A stretch of DNA of 22,567 bases from an uncultured bacterium (lineage in GTDB: Bacteria; JAJVIF01; JAPKYR01), in assembly GCA_965369865.1 (NCBI GenBank), contig CBDURU010000052.1, positions 1-22,567 of the forward strand. Direction: 5' to 3'. Positions 17,016-22,567 of this stretch are shown piece after piece. Within the stretch, counting starts at the first letter, position 1. Each line of letters starts with the position of its first letter. Under the pieces are notes generated by a model, which saw only the letters and a program-made list of their open reading frames with translations, ran no database searches and was not told where the DNA came from. The translations under genes were made by a program, and so were the position numbers.

Positions 17016-17942
17016 TCATTTTTTCTTATCAAGATCCCTTGCGACTTTCCTGGCGTATTTAATAACACTGTCATCCTTGTAACGCATAGCCATTTTTGCT
17101 GCCGCATTATGAGGGAAAATTGTCATTTCATATCCATCTTTTTCCAGAACCAGGCCGGTAGTCTGAAATTCATCGTTGTAAACCCATTTCCCGCTATATT
17201 CCCTTCGAAGAACCTCTCCCAGGTAATTTCCCGCGAGATAAACGAACATACGTTCCTTTCCCATACTGCCATCCTGGGGGATTTTATCATTTACCGAGCG
17301 AAGGTAATGATCCAGAAACTTCAGGCTTTCCTTTGTGTAGTCAAGTTCAACACCGAGGTCCTTCCTGAGGATTTTAATAAATTGTTTTGTCTCTTCAGGG
17401 ATTGTTTTACCCAATTCAGCATCGCTAGGACCTTCAATTTGTCTACCACCATTTGCGACGGGGAGTTTTTTTAATGGCGTACCGGGTGGAGGCCTGAATC
17501 CGACCGGATCCTCCATCGGACTTGAATCGTTAATCCGGTCGATCACCGAATTCCAGTACACGGCGAGATGATTCTGTTCCATATTCTTTAATGACTGGCG
17601 AACCCGGGTGAAAGGATTAATTGTGATTTCCTTTCCATAGAGCCCACGGATACCGGGTCCGGTGAATACATCACCGGTTTCCCACCTGCCCCCGCAAGCG
17701 TCCAGAAGGACCTCTCCAAGGTAACTTCCGAATAATACAATTACCGGTTCACGATCATCATCCGTAAGAGCCCGTACAACCTGTTCAAGCACTTTGTCGA
17801 GTATTACAAGGGATGGCGGCGAGAAGTCGAGTTCGATGCCCGACATGCTTCGCACCCACTCAACCGCATTACCTGCGGCTGCCCGGCATTCACGTGCCAG
17901 CTCCTCAGGTTTTGGTTCTGCTGCGGGAATCTCAAATGTCAT
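17016..17942 (-). CDS. Hypothetical protein with two tandem DUF3806-like domains
   Basis: ELDFSPPSLVILDKVL...FGSYLGEVL....GGRW...INPF and ELDYTKESLKFLDHYL...AGNYLGEVL....SGKW...IFPH, joined by a Pro-rich linker; SD AGGAAGG. Confidence 0.65.
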   Translation of the reverse strand: MTFEIPAAEPKPEELARECRAAAGNAVEWVRSMSGIELDFSPPSLVILDKVLEQVVRALTDDDREPVIVLFGSYLGEVLLDACGGRWETGDVFTGPGIRGLYGKEITINPFTRVRQSLKNMEQNHLAVYWNSVIDRINDSSPMEDPVGFRPPPGTPLKKLPVANGGRQIEGPSDAELGKTIPEETKQFIKILRKDLGVELDYTKESLKFLDHYLRSVNDKIPQDGSMGKERMFVYLAGNYLGEVLRREYSGKWVYNDEFQTTGLVLEKDGYEMTIFPHNAAAKMAMRYKDDSVIKYARKVARDLDKKK

Positions 17943-18066
17943 ATAATTGTTGTCCTTCCTAGCTTCTGAAATATCTTCCGGACCAGGATATTTCCGGAAA
18001 ATTTAACTCCATAAAATCCATTCTACTTCTTCCGACCTTTCGTAACAACCACGGGAGCCTGATTTA

Positions 18067-19278
18067 TCAGGAATCAAGTTTTCTGGCAATATCCAAAAGG
18101 TCGTCTTCACGCGGGTTTCCCTTTCTCATTAGATCGAGTTCATCGGAAAATCCGCGACGCCTAACATCCTTTTTCGTATGGTATCTCTTCCAGAGCGAAT
18201 CGGCAGCGGCGGTTCTCGCGTTAGCGCCATGCCACAAACCTGCGAGTGCCCTGACAAAAGCCCGCTGGCTTACCCCTACCGCGCCTTCCGATTTTCGTAC
18301 AGGCCCGAACCTGGCCCCTGCCACCCCCAATCCCAGTGCAACAAGAAGTCCCAGGTATATAATTGCCCGGCCAAGAGGTGTACGTGCAGCATCCGCAAGA
18401 CTGCGTGTCCTGGTAAAACCGAGATGGTATTCGTCGAACAGAACCGATCTGCCGCCCCAGTTCCTGGTTCCGAGGATGAGGTTTGTTGCCAGTATCGCGT
18501 TGTCAGCCTCCTGGATCAGCAGATTGCTGAACAGGTAGGGATCGGACACAAACCATACCTGTCCCGATCCGTGCCGGAGCATAACCAGAACCGATCCGTA
18601 TCCATCCCTTAAAAAATGCCTCGCATTACTGGACGATATATCCTTCGATGTTAAACGGTAGACCATAGGATAAACCAGGCCGCGGCGAACGTAGGTGACA
18701 ACCTCCCCGACCTCACCCAATCCCCTGTTTTCATTGAATGAAATCGGTAACCTTCTTGAATTTGAAAAATACGATCCACTTTCTGACCTTGCGCTAAGAT
18801 CCCTGAAAATCGGGTAAAGATCAATTTTATTGAGCCAGTAATCGAGAAGGGAATCGGAATTATCCATATCGTCTGCCGGCAGAGTCGCTACTCGTTCGGG
18901 AGGTGGATTCGAAATCAGAACCAGGCGGCCGCCGCCATATACATATTCATCCACCCAGTTAATTTCGCCATCTTCAAAATCAGGGACCCCGTAAGAATTC
19001 CCCGAGACATGCCAGATTACATCGGTCCCGTCCTCAGGCATGAACTCTTCAAGGAGAGGATACCGGTGCCTGACAGGTTCAAGTCCCAATCCTTCGAACA
19101 GCCGGTATAGTAACTCAGCGCCATCCGGACCGTTTGAATAAGTGCTCCCGGTCGGGTAGTCATATGTGTAATCTTCCGACTCATCTTTGACCAGGAACAG
19201 GTTGATGGCAAACATGATGCCGATAAACACCACAGCCCCGGTTACATAAAGGATCGTCTGTCTGGTTTTATCCGTCAT
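18067..19278 (-). CDS. DUF4350-like membrane-anchored protein
   Basis: N-terminal TM; STYS.GPDG...LY.L, GG.LVL, G.G.V..VSDPYLFSN..I..ADNA.L, VLFDEYH.G; second TM followed by RFGPV and FV.ALA.L. Confidence 0.78.
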   Translation of the reverse strand: MTDKTRQTILYVTGAVVFIGIMFAINLFLVKDESEDYTYDYPTGSTYSNGPDGAELLYRLFEGLGLEPVRHRYPLLEEFMPEDGTDVIWHVSGNSYGVPDFEDGEINWVDEYVYGGGRLVLISNPPPERVATLPADDMDNSDSLLDYWLNKIDLYPIFRDLSARSESGSYFSNSRRLPISFNENRGLGEVGEVVTYVRRGLVYPMVYRLTSKDISSSNARHFLRDGYGSVLVMLRHGSGQVWFVSDPYLFSNLLIQEADNAILATNLILGTRNWGGRSVLFDEYHLGFTRTRSLADAARTPLGRAIIYLGLLVALGLGVAGARFGPVRKSEGAVGVSQRAFVRALAGLWHGANARTAAADSLWKRYHTKKDVRRRGFSDELDLMRKGNPREDDLLDIARKLDS

Positions 19279-19298
19279 ATAAGTAATTTAAAAATTGC

Positions 19299-19988
19299 TC
19301 AATACCAGGGCACATAGGTGCTGAGTATCGAGTCATCATTCAGCCTGGTCAGCAGTAAAAAGCACTGGTTGGATTCGAATCTTTCGCAAATCGCCTGTGC
19401 TTCCCCGCTATCCAGGTAATCATCATAGAAAAATTTCCCCTGGAGTTCACCCGGGTTCATAGCGATCGCGAACGGTGCGCTTAAATCCTCTCCGTCGGGA
19501 CTGATTGTCCTTGCCCCGATCCCCGGCATGGAACCTTTGGGATCGGCCTGGTAGCAAATCACGAGAAGAATGATATCAAAATCACCCTGGGGAACTATGT
19601 AATGAGCGACCGCCAGGGGGAGAATTTCACCATAATCGGGATAATGCGGTTCGCCGAGCGGGTATACTACCGTGGTTCGCCCATCAGAATGAGAAATACC
19701 ATATGCGGTAACAGGGTCAGGCGATGGAATGGTAACCTGGTTTCCGGCAAACCCGACAAACCAAGTTTCAGGGATTCTCCCGCCCGTTTCCAGCATCTCC
19801 CAGCTCTGTGTGACAGCGCCTGGGTCGCTTTCCACCAGGATAAAATTCGCTTCACTGAGCCTGGTCTCGAAATCCATCAACACATCGAGCCGCGCAATTG
19901 TCATCTCCCTGGGTGCACGATCGCATGCACTTACCAGCACACAACATATTGCCAGTATAATCAATCCCTTAAAAACAAATCCTGCCAT
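19299..19988 (-). CDS. Hypothetical lipoprotein
   Basis: 229 aa; hydrophobic signal ending VLVSA-C; fills the gap in the minus-strand block. Confidence 0.65.
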   Translation of the reverse strand: MAGFVFKGLIILAICCVLVSACDRAPREMTIARLDVLMDFETRLSEANFILVESDPGAVTQSWEMLETGGRIPETWFVGFAGNQVTIPSPDPVTAYGISHSDGRTTVVYPLGEPHYPDYGEILPLAVAHYIVPQGDFDIILLVICYQADPKGSMPGIGARTISPDGEDLSAPFAIAMNPGELQGKFFYDDYLDSGEAQAICERFESNQCFLLLTRLNDDSILSTYVPWY

Positions 19989-19994
19989 GCTGTT

Positions 19995-20023
19995 ATTGTA
20001 TAGAAATAAAACCCCCGTTTCAC
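19995..20023 (-). promoter_or_regulatory. Putative sigma70 promoter giving a leaderless mRNA
   Basis: Minus strand GTGAAA-N17-TACAAT-N6-ATG(19988); no SD sequence. Confidence 0.45.
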
Positions 20024-20041
20024 CCTTTATCGAATTGAACT

Positions 20042-20069
20042 TTGTAGAATTTAAGGGTTCTGATAGAAT
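20042..20069 (+). promoter_or_regulatory. Putative sigma70 promoter with extended -10
   Basis: TTGTAG-N16-TAGAAT with a TGn extension (TGATAGAAT, 20061-20069), upstream of the 20105 gene. Confidence 0.35.
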
Positions 20070-20104
20070 AAGTTATTATAAGGACCGATTCCATTTTCTG
20101 TATA

Positions 20105-21076
20105 ATGAGTGAAACCATGATAAAAAACCTTATCCCAATTGCATTAATCCTGATTTTGACTGCCATGCCGGGATGGACCCAGGATGAAAACAACGCTCTT
20201 GATTATCTTCCAGGAAATAATTTTTTAGGGGGATGGTTTGCGACCGACAACGCGATCCTTCTGCAACCCGAAGATGCGGCCTTCCTGGTTGGGTCCGATT
20301 ACGGCCTCCTGAGAGAATACAACCTTGTCTGGTACGCGACGGAAACCTATACAAACTTCAATGACGAGTTGACAATCGAAATATTCGAGTTCGATTCGGG
20401 AAACGATGCGTACGGTTTCTACGGCATGTCGCCGATACCTTATGCTGAAACCGACCCGGAGACCGGGATTGTTGTGGACCCGTACGGGATTCCTCCCCCT
20501 ACCAAAATCGACACGATCCGACTGATCGGGACCGAATTTCTCGAAGGATACAAAGGCAGATTCTATTTTCGAATCCGGCAGCAGGATTATCCGGAAACAT
20601 TGATCCAGGCTGGGACTTACCTCCTGATGAACCTCCCGGGAATGGCCATGCCTTCGGAGATGGTTTCCATACTTCCCGCAGATGACAGGATAATGGGGAC
20701 GGAAAAATATTTCAAAGGTCCCATTGCTCTCGATCTTCTACTGCAGTGGAATGAGGACGATGTCCTCGGATTTGACGAGTATGAATGGGAAGCTGTAGCG
20801 GCGGAATATCGACTTGGAGGCGGAGAATACTACCTCCTTGTAATCGCAAGGTATGATGACACCGATACTCCAGCCGCTATTTCGAGAAGGCTTCTCGGTT
20901 ATTTCCAGGATTATGATTTCGAGACCATTATCGCCCCACCGACTTCCGGAGGACATCATCCGAGGGCATTCAAGAATGATTTCGTCATTGCTTTCTGGCC
21001 GGATGGAGATAAAATCTGGCTGCTCTGGGATCTTACAAATGAACAGGCATTGTTGACGGCCATCCAAAATCGCTGA
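20105..21076 (+). CDS. Secreted protein, DUF6599-like
   Basis: Signal peptide (true start may be ATG 20117); IEIFEFDSGNDAYGFYG, KGRFYFRI, LP.DDRI.GTEKYF.GP.AL, A.AAEY; acidic protein. Confidence 0.6.
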   Translation: MSETMIKNLIPIALILILTAMPGWTQDENNALDYLPGNNFLGGWFATDNAILLQPEDAAFLVGSDYGLLREYNLVWYATETYTNFNDELTIEIFEFDSGNDAYGFYGMSPIPYAETDPETGIVVDPYGIPPPTKIDTIRLIGTEFLEGYKGRFYFRIRQQDYPETLIQAGTYLLMNLPGMAMPSEMVSILPADDRIMGTEKYFKGPIALDLLLQWNEDDVLGFDEYEWEAVAAEYRLGGGEYYLLVIARYDDTDTPAAISRRLLGYFQDYDFETIIAPPTSGGHHPRAFKNDFVIAFWPDGDKIWLLWDLTNEQALLTAIQNR

Positions 21077-21092
21077 TAAGGAGCAGTTATTA

Positions 21093-22490
21093 ATGAAACC
21101 TGGAATAAAAATTTATAAATTGAACCGCCTTTACCGGCCTTTCATTTTAGCCGTGATTTTCGTTTTGGGATTCTCTATCAATCCAGCCAATGCGTCCCGG
21201 AACGATACTGAAATCGTTGAACTGACCGAGGAGCTTATGGAAGTCACCGAAGACCTGCGCGGTCTCGATTTCATCCATGACCTGGCGGTTGAACTGGTAA
21301 CAGCCGAAGAGATCGCTGCCATTATCGCGGTATTACTGGATGAAGAATTATCCCCGGAAGATGACAGGATATATTCAGAACTCTACATATTTCTCGGGTT
21401 GATGCCGAGAGGGTCCAGCCTTCGCGAGGATTACCAGTCAATGACCGAAGAGCAGGTAGCCGGGTTGTACGACCCTGATGAAAAATGTTTCTACGTGGTC
21501 GATGTGGATATGGACGCGATGATCGGGAGCCTCCTTGGTGAGGATTTAGGGGTGCTCGGTAATTTTTTAAGCGGCGTTCTCCAGGGACTCGGCGGAGGGC
21601 TTGAAGATTTCATGACCAATGTGGTAATCGTCCATGAGCTTACCCATGCACTGGATGATCAGCATTATGACATACAAGGCACCATGGAGTCCCTTTCGGA
21701 TCTGAACTCCGACGACGCCCAGCTTGCATACCAGAGCCTTATCGAGGGCAACGCTTCTCGAATTATGAATGAATATTCTGCCGATATGATGGGTGTCGAT
21801 ACCGAACTTCTCGGGGAACTTTCCGAAATGAGCATGGGATTCGCCGAAAGCCTGATGGATTATAACCCGTTTCTCGAACGGATCATGCTGGTTCCATACC
21901 TGCAGGGCGAGGTATTCGTTAAACATGTAATCGCCCAGGATGGACCGGGAGGCCTGGAGGATGTTTTCAGGGATCCTCCCAGAAGCATGGAGCAGGTTCT
22001 TCATCCCGAACGGTATACCCCCAACAGGGACTATCCATCATATACCGCCGAGCCGGACCTTTCGAAGGTCCTTAACGGTTGGGAACCTGAGGCGACCGAC
22101 ACCTTTGGGGAACTACTGATAAGCCTCATGTTTGAACTCCAGACCGGAGATGTTGCGACGGCTATGCGAACCGCGCTCGGCTGGGATTACGATGTAATCA
22201 CGTCATGGCGTTCTCCGGGAAACGATCTCGCCATCGCCTGGGTTACGATCTGGGATTCGGAAGACGATGCCGAAGAATTTTTCTCAAACTATTGTGAATT
22301 GCTGGAATTGAAATATCCGAGTGGGGAGTGGGTAAATCACGGATCGACATCGGCAACTTACACAATGCTGGGATATGCCGCCAGCCTGGAGCGGTCCGGC
22401 AAAATTGTAACGATTGTAGAGGGTGTTCCCGAAGAACTGGCCGTTGAATGCCTCGAGGCAGCGTGGCCGTCTAATGTGGATTATTACTAG
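21093..22490 (+). CDS. Secreted putative zinc metallopeptidase (Hvo_1808/DUF6782-like)
   Basis: Signal peptide ending ANA; RGL.F, VAGLYDP, HELTHALDDQHY (HExxH), DD..LA..SLIEGNA (candidate third Zn ligand), PY.QG..FV, PP.S.EQVLHPE.Y, DT.GE, GW..D. Confidence 0.75.
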   Translation: MKPGIKIYKLNRLYRPFILAVIFVLGFSINPANASRNDTEIVELTEELMEVTEDLRGLDFIHDLAVELVTAEEIAAIIAVLLDEELSPEDDRIYSELYIFLGLMPRGSSLREDYQSMTEEQVAGLYDPDEKCFYVVDVDMDAMIGSLLGEDLGVLGNFLSGVLQGLGGGLEDFMTNVVIVHELTHALDDQHYDIQGTMESLSDLNSDDAQLAYQSLIEGNASRIMNEYSADMMGVDTELLGELSEMSMGFAESLMDYNPFLERIMLVPYLQGEVFVKHVIAQDGPGGLEDVFRDPPRSMEQVLHPERYTPNRDYPSYTAEPDLSKVLNGWEPEATDTFGELLISLMFELQTGDVATAMRTALGWDYDVITSWRSPGNDLAIAWVTIWDSEDDAEEFFSNYCELLELKYPSGEWVNHGSTSATYTMLGYAASLERSGKIVTIVEGVPEELAVECLEAAWPSNVDYY

Positions 22491-22515
22491 GATGAGACCG
22501 TTGCAAAAGGGGAAA

Positions 22516-22541
22516 TAGGGCGCAGCAAGCAACGCCCCTAC
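22516..22541 (-). repeat. GTAG-family REP-like palindrome
   Basis: Minus strand GTAG-GGGCG-TTGCTTGCTG-CGCCC-TA: a GTAG tetranucleotide at the foot of a GC-rich hairpin, 25 nt after a stop codon. Confidence 0.7.
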
Positions 22542-22567
22542 AGACAAGATCCTAATGAATAGAGGCT

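Noticed and set aside
16994..17107. N-terminal extension of the HAD ORF as given in the ORF track
   Set aside because: It overlaps the upstream gene by 92 nt, and HAD motif I normally lies within about 10 residues of the start, which fits ATG 16993.
235..22547. Numerous 60-184 aa ORFs antisense or out of frame within the main genes (for example 5573-6127, 13960-14475, 14556-15047, 16938-17474, 21567-22004)
   Set aside because: Shadow ORFs of well-supported genes, with no recognisable motifs or initiation signals.

Overview
Bacterial chromosomal window with no rRNA, tRNA, CRISPR array, transposase or integrase. Left to right: the 3' part of a split methylmalonyl-CoA mutase large subunit and a pyrimidine-nucleoside phosphorylase (+); a repeat- and hairpin-rich intergenic stretch; two tandem, full-length paralogous ~790-aa lipoproteins of unknown function (-) whose 5' leaders share sequence and structure motifs; serS (+); a Firmicutes-style late flagellar cluster (flgJ-like rod-binding protein, yvyF-like, flgM, flgN, flgK and a very long 903-aa flgL with internal repeats); a minus-strand block (lipoprotein, DUF4350-like protein, duplicated DUF3806-like protein, HAD phosphatase); and two divergently transcribed secreted proteins (DUF6599-like and an HExxH metallopeptidase-like protein) followed by a GTAG-type REP-like hairpin. 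The best leads are the giant lipoprotein pair with a candidate cis-regulatory leader RNA, a near-identical sigma28-like motif placed 9 nt before two SD-less start codons (possible leaderless flagellar mRNAs), and the repeat-expanded FlgL. Family assignments come from motif recognition only; no searches were run.
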